From the NCBI GenBank assembly GCA_001724265.1, contig MEDY01000020.1, positions 62,001 to 126,000 on the forward strand: 64,000 bases of DNA. Reading direction: 5' to 3'. The notes below the pieces were generated by a model. That model was given only the letters and a program-made list of their open reading frames with translations, was not told the origin of the DNA and made no database searches. The stretch is from Rhizaria sp. SCN 62-66. Taxonomy: Eukaryota. A program made the translations under genes and the position numbers. Below, one piece after another: positions 1-11,025 of this stretch. The first letter of the stretch is position 1; each line of letters begins with the position of its first letter.

Positions 1-434
1 ACCACGAACCGAGCTCTCGGTCAGCTGCTTTGTATGGGCGCGAGGTGAGGCGAAGGAGGAGTGTCCAACGCGTCGGGGTCTCCGTCAATCTATTTTTCAG
101 TTTGGCATGCGCAAGTGGCGCTAATATTTGCGATGTATTTTTAACTAGAAATGCATAGAGCGCGTTTGTGAAGCTCTGCACACATTTTTTAGCTTCTCAG
201 GAGAGAGTCGACTGGGACTGTCTGTAGGGTTGCTCTTCGGCATGTCACTAGCAACCATAATGTTATTATTCAGGGATTTCGTGCTGCTTATGGAATCTCG
301 GCGATGTATTCTGCTATGGAAAGTTGGTTATAGTGCACTATCTCCTGATATACCTCGCCTGCATACATCTGTTCTCACACCCAACTCCTTCGTCGCTGCC
401 CATTCTGCCCTGTGCACAGCTAGACCGTTTTCCG

Positions 435-977
435 ATGGCGTCATCGGGCGTATCGCGCGGCTCGCTGCCGCAGGTCGCGAGTTCCCTGTCGGACTTCGAG
501 ATCGAGGAGCTGCGCGAGGCCTTCTCTGTGTTCGACAAAGACGACTCGGGCTCCATCACGGCCGAGGAGCTCGGCCTCATCCTCAAGTCCATCACGCCCT
601 CGGTGGTGTCGAACATCTCCGACGACGACCTGACGCGGCTGGTGCAGAAGTTCGACCGCAACGGCGACGGCACGATAGACTTTGGCGAGTTCCTGGAGAT
701 GATGTGCCAGGCGGAGCGCGGTGGCGAGGAGCAGGAGGATGAGCTGCGCGCCGCCTTCGCCATCTTCGACAAGGACGGCGACAACACCATTACGGCCAAG
801 GAGCTCATGGGCATTATGTCCGCACTGGGCGAGGACGTCGATCTGGACACGTGCAAGCTCATGATCCAGTCGGTCGACCTGGACGGAAACGGCACGATCG
901 ACTTCGAGGAGTTCCGCAAGATGATGCGGGACGGCGTCGAGCTCGACGCAAAGATCGGCGCCACCAACAAGGACTAA
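435..977 (+). CDS. Calmodulin-like protein with four EF-hands (180 aa)
   Basis: ATG at 435 where GC-rich codon usage begins; four canonical EF loops DKDDSGSITAEE, DRNGDGTIDFGE, DKDGDNTITAKE, DLDGNGTIDFEE; 'ELREAFSVFD' entry helix; ends TAA. Too divergent to call canonical calmodulin. Confidence 0.9.
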   Translation: MASSGVSRGSLPQVASSLSDFEIEELREAFSVFDKDDSGSITAEELGLILKSITPSVVSNISDDDLTRLVQKFDRNGDGTIDFGEFLEMMCQAERGGEEQEDELRAAFAIFDKDGDNTITAKELMGIMSALGEDVDLDTCKLMIQSVDLDGNGTIDFEEFRKMMRDGVELDAKIGATNKD

Positions 978-1000
978 ACACGTGCAACATGTACACGTGC

Positions 1001-1078
1001 ACATATCACGCACACATATCACGCACACATATTACGCACACATATTACGCAAGCAAGTAAGCAAGCAAGCAAGCAAGC
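1001..1078 (+). repeat. 3' UTR tandem repeats: 4 x 13 bp (ACATATYACGCAC) followed by an (AAGC)n microsatellite
   Basis: Read directly from the sequence just downstream of the EF-hand gene stop. Confidence 0.85.
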
Positions 1079-1993
1079 TCGCTAACAAATGAGACGCAGA
1101 CGCTGTGACCACTTCTGAGTCTTTTTGTCTTTGTCTCAGCTTCGTAGTCTGGAGCTTGCTGTCTCACTACAAATCCCGTTCTCTACATAGTCTTTTTTGT
1201 TTTCTTTTGGGCATCCGTTTTTGCAGTATTCCTTCCCTGTAAAGCACCGCGCCAGCTCTCGTGCGTTGCCATGAGTTGCTGTGCAGTACAGTTGATTTAA
1301 TATTCCTGTCGTGTGCATGCATCATGCCACAAACTGTGTCCTCCAAGGTTGGTTTTCCCCTCTTTTGTTTCGGTTTGTAATCCTTTCTTTTTCTTGATCT
1401 TCTTCATTTATTTTCACTCACTCTCGATCTCTCGAGAGTCAACGTGAACTGTTGCGCGCCCGGCTCGACCTTTCCTGTCGCTGCCGCCTGTTGGTATCTG
1501 TCACCCCGCCCCGGCACTCGACTGCGATGCACCGCGACAACCCCGTCGCTGCGCACAAGGGATGCCAGGAAATGAAGTGGGCAGACTATTGCACTCGTAC
1601 TCGCAACCTTACAGTTACAATTGTCAGCAGAGGACTGCTGCGCTAGTTTGGAACCATACACAGTCTTGGTTTTTATTTTAAGCTGATTGCACTCGAACTT
1701 CATTTGCAGCAATACTTTTCATTCAATATACTTGATTCATAGCAATATAGGTCTTGATCAGCATCTAATATCGTCTTACGCGTTATCCACAGGTTGCATT
1801 CTCACCTTAGTCATGCGCCCCGGTTCAGCTTAGACGACAAAGGTTACCTTCAACAGCCTTGTTCTCTACGTGTTAACCGTTAGCAGGAAAATAACACGCA
1901 ACGCCAATGCCTAACAAACAAAATATGTTTATTTCTCTTTTAATACTCACATAAATGCTATTCTTTGCGACTCTACCCTATGTTTGCCGCAGG

Positions 1994-4462
1994 ATGAGCC
2001 ACAAGCGCCCGCACACCCCTTCGGGCGGCGGTAAGCCTTCCCACGGCGGCGCCGGCAAGCTCTCCAATGCTGGCAGCTTTGCCCACGGCGGCAGCAAGCC
2101 GCACCAGGCCCACAAGGGTCAGCAGGACCAGAACAAGACCCAGTCCCACGGTCAGAGCCATGGCGGTAACAGCGAGGGCCAGCAGAGCAAGCACACTGGT
2201 CACAATGGTCGCAACGGTCACAACGGGAGCAAGGGGCATAAGGGCCAGGGCCAGAAGCGCCGCGTCCCCGGCTCCGGCGACGCCGACGAGGACGAAGACT
2301 CGGACGACGGCTTCGAGGTCGCGTCCGCGCGGCGCACCCACGCGGCCGTGTTCCGCGAGCAGTGGTCGCTAGACCGCGGCGGGCCCGGCTCAGACACAGA
2401 CTCGGACGCTGAGGACTCACAGGACTCAGACACAGAGGACTCGGACGCAGCTGAGGACGATGACGACACAGACACTGAGGTGCAGAACACGACCAAGTCT
2501 GCGGCCAAGAAGCCTCAGCAACAGCAGCAGCAGCAGTCTCAACAACAGAGGGCGGACGACTCTAACCCTAACAACAAGAAGCCTCGCCTCGCCTCGACCG
2601 CTGCGCCTGCTCATGCCGCGCCTGCCGCGACTCTGACGACGATGGCTCCCGCGCCGGCGCTGAGCCGGCAGGTGACGTCGACCGGCGCGCCCAAGCTGAC
2701 TGGCTGGGAGTGGTTCCGCGCGATGGGCTCCCCGCGCTTCGTGCTGTCGCCGATGGTCGGCCAGTCGGAGCTGGCGTTCCGCGTGCTGTGCCGCCGCCAT
2801 GGCGCGACGCTGGCCTACACACCGATGATTATTGCCACACGCTTCGTCGAGTCCGAGGCCTACCGCCGCGCCGTGTGGCAGACCGCGCCCGAGGACCGGC
2901 CGCTCGTGGTGCAGTTCTGCGCCAACGACCCGGCGGTGCTGGTGGCCGCGGCCAAGCTCGTGCAGGGCCAGTGCGACGCCGTGGACCTCAACCTGGGCTG
3001 TCCGCAGGAGGTCGCGCGGCGCGGCACGTACGGGTCATACCTCATGGAGCACCTGGACACGGTCAAGGCGATGGTGACGGCCGCGGCGACGCAGCTCGAC
3101 GTGCCGGTGACGGTCAAGGTCCGCGTGTTCCCCGAGTTCGCGCGTACGCTGGCTTACTGCCGCATGCTGCAGGCCGCCGGGGCGAGCCTCATCACGGTGC
3201 ACGGCCGCCAGCGCCACCACCGCGAGGAGGTGCTCGCAGACTGGTCCGCCGCGGCGCGCCTGCGCACGCTGCTGCGGATCCCCGTGGTGCTCAACGGCGA
3301 CCTGTGGGCGCCCGAGGACGTGGCCAACTGCCTCGCGGGCGCGCGCGTCGACGGGTTCATGTCCGCGCAGGGCATCCTGCACAACCCCGCGCTCTTCGCG
3401 CCGCTCGCCGCGGTCAAGCAGCGGCTGCCGTTCCCTGCTCCGCAGACCGGGACGGAGCAGGCCCAGCTCCAGGCGCGGCGCCAGGCGCTGCTGCTCGCGC
3501 GTTCCAAGGCGGGCGCGGGCGCTGAGGGCCCGGTGGCGGTCGACGGCGGACCCGTGGCCTTCTCCTGGGCTGCGCCGCAGCCCGACGACCGGCTGCGGCA
3601 GCGGCGGCACATCTCCCCCTTCTTCTCCTTCGCGCTCACGACTGTGTTCAACCATCCGCTGTCGCAGGTGCGCGGCGACGGCGTCGGCTCGCTCTCCGGC
3701 ATGGCCTCCGGCGCGGACGCGCTCGACAACAGCAACGGCAATGGCGCGGAGGCCAAGAGTGCGACTGGCGCTGAGGGTGAGAGCGCAGAGACTGAGAGCG
3801 CAGAGAGCGTGTTGAGTGGGAAGGAGATCCGCGCAGCCTTCGCGACGCCCTTCACGACGCCCACCGACGCCCGGCGCCAGTTCGCGCTGGCGACCGAGTA
3901 CTGCGACATCATGAAGCAGTACCCCGTGTATCACGCGTCGATGGCGCGGCGCCACATCTTCTTTATGCTCTTCGACAACTTCCAGGCCAACCTGGACCAG
4001 TACGACCTGCTCTGCGACGCCGCGAACGACACCGCCTACCGCGGGATCATCGCGACCTTGCAGGCGCGCGCCGAGGCCGGCGTCAACAAACGCGCCAAGA
4101 ACGCGTATGGTGGCGGCGCCGACGGGCAGAAGCCGCGGCCGCGGCGGCGCGACGGGACCGTGGCACCTCCGCCGTGGCCCGTCGGCGGCGGCGGCATGAA
4201 CTCCGAGGCCCCCAAGAAGCCCGGCCAGCCGGGCTCCAGCCTCGCGCCCGCCGGCCCCGGCTCTGGCCCCGGCGCCAAGGGCGCCAAGGGCGGGGCTGCG
4301 GGGCCGGGCGCGGTGCGGAGGAACAACAACTCCGAGGAGGACAGCTTGACCGTGATCGGGAACGGGATGAGCACGGCGTCGGCCAAGGCGCTGGCCAAGG
4401 CCGCGGCCTCGGGGCTCGACCCCAGTCGCCTCCGCAACATCAACCTCAGCAAGTTCGACTGA
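1994..4462 (+). CDS. DUS1: tRNA-dihydrouridine synthase, DUS1-like, with low-complexity N- and C-terminal extensions (822 aa)
   Basis: Motifs LSPMVGQSELAFR..GATLAYTPM, EDRPLVVQFCANDP, DAVDLNLGCPQ..ARRGTYGSYLM (catalytic Cys), PVTVKVR, ITVHGR, IPVVLNGD; ends TGA. Start placed at ATG 1994, just after a CAG acceptor-like site, rather than at 1955. Confidence 0.9.
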   Translation: MSHKRPHTPSGGGKPSHGGAGKLSNAGSFAHGGSKPHQAHKGQQDQNKTQSHGQSHGGNSEGQQSKHTGHNGRNGHNGSKGHKGQGQKRRVPGSGDADEDEDSDDGFEVASARRTHAAVFREQWSLDRGGPGSDTDSDAEDSQDSDTEDSDAAEDDDDTDTEVQNTTKSAAKKPQQQQQQQSQQQRADDSNPNNKKPRLASTAAPAHAAPAATLTTMAPAPALSRQVTSTGAPKLTGWEWFRAMGSPRFVLSPMVGQSELAFRVLCRRHGATLAYTPMIIATRFVESEAYRRAVWQTAPEDRPLVVQFCANDPAVLVAAAKLVQGQCDAVDLNLGCPQEVARRGTYGSYLMEHLDTVKAMVTAAATQLDVPVTVKVRVFPEFARTLAYCRMLQAAGASLITVHGRQRHHREEVLADWSAAARLRTLLRIPVVLNGDLWAPEDVANCLAGARVDGFMSAQGILHNPALFAPLAAVKQRLPFPAPQTGTEQAQLQARRQALLLARSKAGAGAEGPVAVDGGPVAFSWAAPQPDDRLRQRRHISPFFSFALTTVFNHPLSQVRGDGVGSLSGMASGADALDNSNGNGAEAKSATGAEGESAETESAESVLSGKEIRAAFATPFTTPTDARRQFALATEYCDIMKQYPVYHASMARRHIFFMLFDNFQANLDQYDLLCDAANDTAYRGIIATLQARAEAGVNKRAKNAYGGGADGQKPRPRRRDGTVAPPPWPVGGGGMNSEAPKKPGQPGSSLAPAGPGSGPGAKGAKGGAAGPGAVRRNNNSEEDSLTVIGNGMSTASAKALAKAAASGLDPSRLRNINLSKFD

Positions 4463-4701
4463 AGTTGCTGTGAATATGCACGCAAACAAAGCAAAATCAG
4501 TCGAATGCACTTTGTTTCAGTCTCTTTGGCTGGGTGTACGGGCCAGTGCGACTTGAAGTGTGTCGACCTGGTGACATGACAACTTGAAAAATAATCCAGA
4601 GGCCGCAGACGCCGGGACGGGCTGGGACTGACAAGGGCTTTGTTCGACGAGATCTAGCGCTGATTCAACTTCTCTATTTGCGCATCCGAGACTTGTTTTG
4701 C

Positions 4702-5848
4702 ATGCTTCGACGCACTCTCCGCGTTCTCGCCATCTTAATTGGCGCTGCTCTGGCGACTGTGTGTCTCGTCGTCGCCTCACTGGGCGGCGCCTCGGCCGCC
4801 ACGATTATCGCTCCCCCTGGTCTTTCCTTCGGTCGCGGTACGCCCTAATATCGGCCACACGTATGTCAATCTTCAAATTTCCAACATCTTCGCGCTACCT
4901 GTTTCTCGTCATTTTGATTGTTTCTCAGTCGTCTCTCATCCTTCCACTGTTTTGTTGTGGTATTTGCAACGGCATTCCCTATTTCTAGTCGCTGGCTCGC
5001 GTGAGCTGCCAGACTTGCGCGAGCGCGAGGCGGCCATCGTGTCCCGCGACGGCGACGCCGACGAGCCCGCCGCGTCCGACGCGCCGCCGCGGCTGTACCG
5101 GCGTCCGCCGCAGTGGCGCCCGCCGCGCGGCCCTGCGCGGTCGCCGTTCCCGCCGCCGACGTGGCGCGTGTACCCAGCGGACCCGATGCTGCTTCCCGGC
5201 GGCGTCATCCTGACCGCGTCGGGTGCCGTGCGCACTGACGTCGACGTCGTTCGCAGGCACAGCACGCCTGTGAGCGGCGACGGTGGCCGCACTCGCACGC
5301 GCACGCGCACTCATCGTCGTCGTCGTTCGCGCTCGCGTCCCAGCGACGCTTACGATGCTACCCGCGACCACAGGCTTGACGACGATCTCTCGCAGCCCCG
5401 CCGCCGGAACTACGGCGACGACGGCCACAGCGACGACGGGTTCCGCTACGGTCGAGAGGCCCGCGCCGTTGCCGTTCTCTCGGACGACCCATCGCGGTCC
5501 CCGGAGTCGAGGATCTGGCCCCCGCGCCCGCGGCCGCCGCCGGGCCCGCGCCCGGTGCCGCCGCCGACGCTGCTGCCGCCGCCGACGCTGCTGCCGCCGC
5601 CGACGCTGCTGCCCGGTCCGGACACAGACGGCGAACACCCCCCGTGCTATAGCGGCAACAACAGCGGCAACGGCAACTGTGGCGGCGGCGGTGATGCGGG
5701 CTGGCCGGAGCCGCGGTATAGGTTGATCCGACACACGCGCGTGGGGCGGCCCGCGCACGTGTCGGCCACGGCGGCTGCGGACGCCGCGGAAGCCGCCGCG
5801 CGCGGGGCGCAAGACAACGCCGCTTGGTAGGCTCGCACCAACGGCTGA
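4702..5848 (+). CDS. Predicted secreted Pro/Arg-rich protein of unknown function; 2 exons (4702-4837, 4989-5848), reading through TAG 5828-5830 to TGA
   Basis: Exon 1 encodes a signal-peptide-like MLRRTLRVLAILIGAALATVCLVVASLGGASA; phase-1 GTACGC...TTTCTAG intron (4838-4988) joins in frame to the 4739..5830 ORF; PPPTLL repeat x3. If TAG were a stop the gene would end at 5830. Confidence 0.6.
5558..5611 (+). repeat. Coding tandem repeat, 3 x 18 bp (PPPTLL)
   Basis: CCGCCGCCGACGCTGCTG repeated three times. Confidence 0.85.
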
Positions 5849-6274
5849 GTGAACACAAAGTAGGGAAACTAGGCTTTTGACACAATAATATTATTACTTT
5901 AGCATATAAATCAAATTAATACACAACCCATTGAGAAATTGAGTTCGAATTTACTCATATCATAGAGATATCCAAGAAAATGTCAATATAACTGGCGTGA
6001 CAGAGCAAGCACAGAGGCAGACTGGGCTTCCAACCCCGCAAGAGCAGGCATTTTTCATGCATGATTCCGTCATAATCAGATCATTGAGCAAGGGCAGCAT
6101 TACTACCATACGAACTTTTACAGATATTAAATTTAGTTACATTTATCAGAACTTCTTAAATATTCGTATTTACTGCTGTATCGCTGCGTTGCGCTACTGC
6201 CAGTTCGCACCCTCCTCACCCCACGCTGTTTTGCTTTCTTGCACCCTCGCTTGCCTCATAGAAGCAGCAACCGG

Positions 6275-9200
6275 ATGATGCGCTCTGCGCTCACATCCGC
6301 TGCGACGCTCCAGGCTCCGGTGCTTGCGCGTCTTTCTGCATCAGAGCGCGCCCTGCTCGATCTGGCCTCGGCCACGTTTTCGACCTGCGCCGCCACCGCT
6401 GCTGCGCCCACACACCACTCGGCCAACTGCACTCACCATCACGGCGCCGCGGCTGCTCCTCGCGCTGCCGCCCGTCAGCCGCTGCCCGACCGGCGCCCCA
6501 TCACCGCCGCCGCAGGCCCCAGGCCCACGTCTCTCTTCAGCGGCTCCGCGCCTCTGCTCGCCAAGCCGCCCAAGCAGCCCAAGGACGCTGCGGGCGCCAC
6601 CAACGCCAAGGCGGGCGCGAACACAAAGGCCGCGGGTGGTGACAAGCGCGGGGGCGGTGCGGCCGCGACGGCGTTTAAGGCGAAGCCGGGCCGCGTGCCG
6701 ACGCCGCAGTTCATCAAGTCCGTGGAGGAGAAGGAGATCGAGGACGAGCGCGTGGCGCGGCTCGAGAACGCGCAAAGCTACGACCCGTCCAAGGGACAGC
6801 CGATCCTTGCCCAGACGGTCGAGGCCACGGTGTACCGCATGTCGCGCATGTTTATCCCCACGGCGCACGAGGCGCCCGCGGACGCGACGCTGCGCTCGCA
6901 CCAGCTGCTTGTGCGCGCGGGCTACATCAAGCAACTCGCGTCGGGGCACTACTACTTCCTCCCGCTCGCCGTGCGCGTGCTCAAGAAGATCGAGACGATC
7001 GTGCGCGAGGAGATGGACGCCGTGGGCGGCGAGGAGCTCTCGATGCCCATCGTCATGCCGCGCGCGCTGTGGGAGACGACGGGCCGCTGGGACACGTCCG
7101 GCGCGGAGATGTTCCGCCTCCGCGACCGGCACGACGGCGAGTTCTGCTTGGGCCCCACGCACGAGGAGCCCGTGACGCAGCTGGTGCAGCTGGCCGTGGA
7201 CTCATACAAGCAGCTCCCCGTGCGGCTGTATCAGATCGGGCGCAAGTTCCGCGACGAGGCGCGGCCGCGTGGCGGGCTGCTGCGGTGCCGCGAGTTCGTG
7301 ATGAAAGACATGTACTCGTTCGACGCCGACTTCGAGGGCGCGCATGAGACGTACAAGGGCATGCTCGAGGCGTACAAGCGCGTGTTTGAGCGCGCGGGCG
7401 TGCCGGCCGTGCAGGTCGAGGCCGACTCGGGCAACATCGGCGGCTCGCTGTCGCACGAGTACCACGTGCTCGCCGACGCGGGCGAGGACACGCTCTACAC
7501 GTGCGAGCTGTGCGCGTACACGGCGAACCAGGAGAAGACGGCCTTTGCCATCAACCCCGCGTTCGACCACAACGCGCACTCGCAGATGCTGCGCGCGGGC
7601 CGTCTCACCGACAGCATGAAGTGCGACCCGCGCGCCGTGGGGCTTGCCACCACGGCCGCGGGCGCCGCCGCCGCCGCCGCCGCCAGCGCGGTCGTCGCCG
7701 CCGCCGCCGCCAAGGCCAAGGCCGCGCGCCGCGCTGCGGACGCCGCCGCCGAGGCCGCGGCCGCGGCGCCGACCAAGCTGGGCTCGACCAAGGTCTCTGT
7801 CGGCGACTCCACGGTGTCGCCGTCGCTGGCCGCGATGCTGCCGCCCATCGACGACGCCGCGCCCACTGCCGCGCCCTCGGCCGCTGCGGCCGCCGCGTCT
7901 TCCGCTGAGGCTGCGGCCGCCGCTGCGGCCGCCGAGGTGGCCGAGGCCGAGGCCGCTGCCGCGGCCGCCGCAGCCGCCGCGGGCGACCAGTACGCGAAGC
8001 TGCGCGCGTGGGTGCAAAAGGTGGCCAAGCGGCTGGTGAACCCGAGCGTGCGCACCGACGTGCCATACGTGATGAACGTGCTGCGGCTGACGTTCAAGGG
8101 CGACGCGGCGGGCGAGCACGGGCCTGAGAGCCTGATGCCCGACGGACCATGCAAGAACATGGTGCTGGTGGCCTTCCGCGCGGACCGCGAGCTCAACGCG
8201 TGCGCCGTGCGGACCTTCTTCGAGGCCAGCGACGCGACGGTGCTGTCGGCCGAGGAGGCCGCGGCCGTGCTTATGACGTACTATAAGCACAAGGTGGCGT
8301 CACACCGCGCCAAAAAGCAGGCAGGGCAGCTGCAGGCGTCGCACTCGGACCCGCTGGCGCGCGAGCCGACGCAGTTCGCTCAGGTATCGCTGATGCGCAT
8401 GGCGCGGTACGAGGAGTCGAACGACACGGCGGCGATGCAGGCCGAGATGCGGCGCGTGGCGCGCGTGAACCTGTCGAAGCTCGACGACGGCGGTCTGGCC
8501 GTCATGACCGACACGTCGCTTGTGGTCATGGGTCACGACGTCGACTTCCTCGGGCTCGACGGCTACACCGAGGCCGACCTCGCCAACGTCGACACCAACC
8601 GCACCGCGGCCAAGCCCTCGTCGATCGACTCCCTGGCCAAGGGCTTCCTGGAGCACGAGAAGATCTTTGCCAAGGCTAAGAGCAACGGCTTCATGGACGA
8701 CGACCCCGTGGACGAGGCGGAGGAAAAGCGCATGTCGATGCAGGAGGCGCTCGCGCGGAAGCGTTTCTCGAAGCTGGACATGGAGACGGACGACGAGATG
8801 CTCGATGAGCAGGCTCTGCAGGCCGAGCGCGCCGGCGGCATGGACGACAACTACGGCCAGGCGATGATGTCGCTGGCGCCGACGCAGGGCGACTTCGTGC
8901 TGCCCGCCGACGGCGACCGCTGTATCCAGCAGCAGTGCAACGCGCAGGGCATCATGCGTCCGCGCCGCGGCATCGAGGTCGGCCACGTCTTCTACCTCGG
9001 CACCAAGTACTCGGAGCCGCTGGGCGCCAAGTTCACCGACGACGGCGGCCGCGTCAAGACGATGGAGATGGGCTGCTACGGCATCGGCGTCTCGCGCCTC
9101 CTGTCGGCCGCGGTCGAGGCCGATGGCGGCGCCGACGAGCACGGTCTGCGCTGGCCCGAGGCCATCGCACCCTTCAACGTGTACATCACGGCCATCGGCA

Positions 9201-10843
9201 AGGCCGGTGAGGTGCCCGAGCGCGTGCCGGGCGTGCCGTCGCCCTACGAGGCGCACTGCGCGGCGTCGGCCAAGGTCAAGGCGCAGATCCAGCGGCGCCA
9301 GGTCGCGCTGAGCTCCATGTCGTCGCTGATGCGCGCGTCGCACACGCAGCGCTCGGGCAAGCGCGGGTACATGCCGCTCTTCACGCGCAACGGCGCGGGC
9401 AAGCGCCTCGCGGGCTCGGGGCTCGGCAACCACGAGCGCGCGGCCGAGGACGAGCAGGCGTCGCTGCGCGACATGTACAACGAAGTGTGGAACTGGGGCG
9501 ACGTCGACAACCCGACGCACGCGGAGAAGCTGGCCGCCGCGCTGGGCGCCTTCGCGCCGTACCTCGACGGCGACATCCTGCTCGACGACCGCCACGGGCT
9601 CTCGCCGGGCGCGCGCATGCGTGACGCGACGCTCGTGGGCATCCCGTGGGTGATCGTCGTCGGGCGCGACATGCAGGCCACGGGGCGCGTCGAGGTGCAG
9701 CACCGCCGCTCGGGCGTGTCGCAGCTCATGACCATCCCCGAGTGCGTGGCCTTCTTCAACGGCCACCAGCCGGTGATGGAGCGCGTCGACTACGACGCCG
9801 CGGCTGAGCGGCTGCGCGTCGAGGCCGAAGTCGAGCAGTTCCGCCTCAAGCGCATGGGCTATGATGGGCCCGACTTCACGATGACCATCACGGACACGGG
9901 CGACAAGCTCCTGCAGGACATCCCGTTCGACTACTCGCGCGACCGCGTGCGCGGGCTGATCGACGAGAGCATCACGGCGACCGAGTTCATCCGCGAGGAC
10001 CAGATGCCCGAGGGCGAGACAACGGACGAGCACCACGCCATCGCGCGCCGCCACGCGCACGAGGACGCGATGCACGCGCGTCGGCCCGCGATTGTCAAGA
10101 TGATGGAATACCAGCGCGAGCACGTGGACCACGCGGCGATGAAGGTCATGCTCGACGAGGTCGACGAGGCCGAGCGCGTGGCCAAGCTCGAGGGTGCGAC
10201 GCAGGAGCAGAAGGACCACGCGCGCAAGCTGCTCGAGTCGAGCGACGCCACGATGGAGCGCCTCGTGCCGCCCAACTTTGTCGAAGTCCTCGACCGCATG
10301 CGCGGGCCCAGCTGCCCGCCGCTGCAGTCGCGCGAGATCGCCGACATGGCCGAGGCGGGCATCATTTACGACGATGCACACGGCTTCGTGCGTGTCGACA
10401 TGGCCAAGGCCAAGGCGCGCATGGACCTCGTGCGCGGCGACCGCTACCGCGGCAAGTCGGAGGAGGCCATCAGCGACATGATCGCCGACGAGCGCCGCGC
10501 GCGCAAGGAGCGCGTCAACAAGGAGCAGAAGGTCTACGAGCGCCAGCAGCACGCGCAGGCGACGGTGCAGCGCAAGCTGGCCGAAAACGCGCGCGTGCCC
10601 GTGCGTCCCTCGGGCCTGTACCACGTGGCGATGCCGACGACGGAGGAAGTCATGGACTACCGCATGAAGACGAACCGCAACATGTCGCACTTCGCACCCG
10701 AAAACAAGTCTGAGCAGGCGCCCCCGAAGCTTGTCGCCGGCGGAATGAAGGGCCGCGTCCCGCTCGGCAAACGCTCGCTCAAGAGCTTCATGCCCGTCAT
10801 CTCTACTCCTGCCGCCGACAAGGATGACGCTGACAAGAAGTGA
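6275..10843 (+). CDS. PARS2: Prolyl-tRNA synthetase, bacterial/organellar type, probably mitochondrial (1,522 aa, with large insertions)
   Basis: SHQLLVRAGYIKQLASGHY, LGPTHEE, YQIGRKFRDEARPRGGLLRCREFVMKDMYSF, EADSGNIGGSLSHEYH, RGIEVGHVFYLGTKYS, MEMGCYGIGVSRL, anticodon domain LLDDR...GIPWVIVVG; Ala/Arg/Ser-rich N-terminus resembling a targeting presequence; ends TGA. Confidence 0.92.
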   Translation: MMRSALTSAATLQAPVLARLSASERALLDLASATFSTCAATAAAPTHHSANCTHHHGAAAAPRAAARQPLPDRRPITAAAGPRPTSLFSGSAPLLAKPPKQPKDAAGATNAKAGANTKAAGGDKRGGGAAATAFKAKPGRVPTPQFIKSVEEKEIEDERVARLENAQSYDPSKGQPILAQTVEATVYRMSRMFIPTAHEAPADATLRSHQLLVRAGYIKQLASGHYYFLPLAVRVLKKIETIVREEMDAVGGEELSMPIVMPRALWETTGRWDTSGAEMFRLRDRHDGEFCLGPTHEEPVTQLVQLAVDSYKQLPVRLYQIGRKFRDEARPRGGLLRCREFVMKDMYSFDADFEGAHETYKGMLEAYKRVFERAGVPAVQVEADSGNIGGSLSHEYHVLADAGEDTLYTCELCAYTANQEKTAFAINPAFDHNAHSQMLRAGRLTDSMKCDPRAVGLATTAAGAAAAAAASAVVAAAAAKAKAARRAADAAAEAAAAAPTKLGSTKVSVGDSTVSPSLAAMLPPIDDAAPTAAPSAAAAAASSAEAAAAAAAAEVAEAEAAAAAAAAAAGDQYAKLRAWVQKVAKRLVNPSVRTDVPYVMNVLRLTFKGDAAGEHGPESLMPDGPCKNMVLVAFRADRELNACAVRTFFEASDATVLSAEEAAAVLMTYYKHKVASHRAKKQAGQLQASHSDPLAREPTQFAQVSLMRMARYEESNDTAAMQAEMRRVARVNLSKLDDGGLAVMTDTSLVVMGHDVDFLGLDGYTEADLANVDTNRTAAKPSSIDSLAKGFLEHEKIFAKAKSNGFMDDDPVDEAEEKRMSMQEALARKRFSKLDMETDDEMLDEQALQAERAGGMDDNYGQAMMSLAPTQGDFVLPADGDRCIQQQCNAQGIMRPRRGIEVGHVFYLGTKYSEPLGAKFTDDGGRVKTMEMGCYGIGVSRLLSAAVEADGGADEHGLRWPEAIAPFNVYITAIGKAGEVPERVPGVPSPYEAHCAASAKVKAQIQRRQVALSSMSSLMRASHTQRSGKRGYMPLFTRNGAGKRLAGSGLGNHERAAEDEQASLRDMYNEVWNWGDVDNPTHAEKLAAALGAFAPYLDGDILLDDRHGLSPGARMRDATLVGIPWVIVVGRDMQATGRVEVQHRRSGVSQLMTIPECVAFFNGHQPVMERVDYDAAAERLRVEAEVEQFRLKRMGYDGPDFTMTITDTGDKLLQDIPFDYSRDRVRGLIDESITATEFIREDQMPEGETTDEHHAIARRHAHEDAMHARRPAIVKMMEYQREHVDHAAMKVMLDEVDEAERVAKLEGATQEQKDHARKLLESSDATMERLVPPNFVEVLDRMRGPSCPPLQSREIADMAEAGIIYDDAHGFVRVDMAKAKARMDLVRGDRYRGKSEEAISDMIADERRARKERVNKEQKVYERQQHAQATVQRKLAENARVPVRPSGLYHVAMPTTEEVMDYRMKTNRNMSHFAPENKSEQAPPKLVAGGMKGRVPLGKRSLKSFMPVISTPAADKDDADKK

Positions 10844-11025
10844 GCGCGCTGACAAGGAGCACTTGCGTGGGATCACGCATGGTTTCCTCACATCTTGACC
10901 TTTGGTAGTGTCAACATCAACTTAACACTGACAAGAAATCAATGTAATTTAATATTATTTATTAATCAATGTCTCAATAATACAAAAGAGCATTTTAGCG
11001 ATGTCAGTAATATACAAGATTACAA

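Noticed and set aside
1001-1078. CRISPR-like or mobile-element interpretation of the tandem repeats
   Set aside because: Simple head-to-tail repeats without spacers; no cas, transposase or reverse-transcriptase gene in the window.
1136-1712. Short ORFs between the EF-hand gene and DUS1
   Set aside because: They lack the GC3 bias of real genes, show no motifs, and I could not build a consistent splice model.
8300-10891. Long antisense or alternative-frame ORFs (863 aa here; also 58670..61015, 42087..43694, 3035..4510 and many others)
   Set aside because: Shadows of strong GC3 bias on genuine genes; no recognisable motifs.
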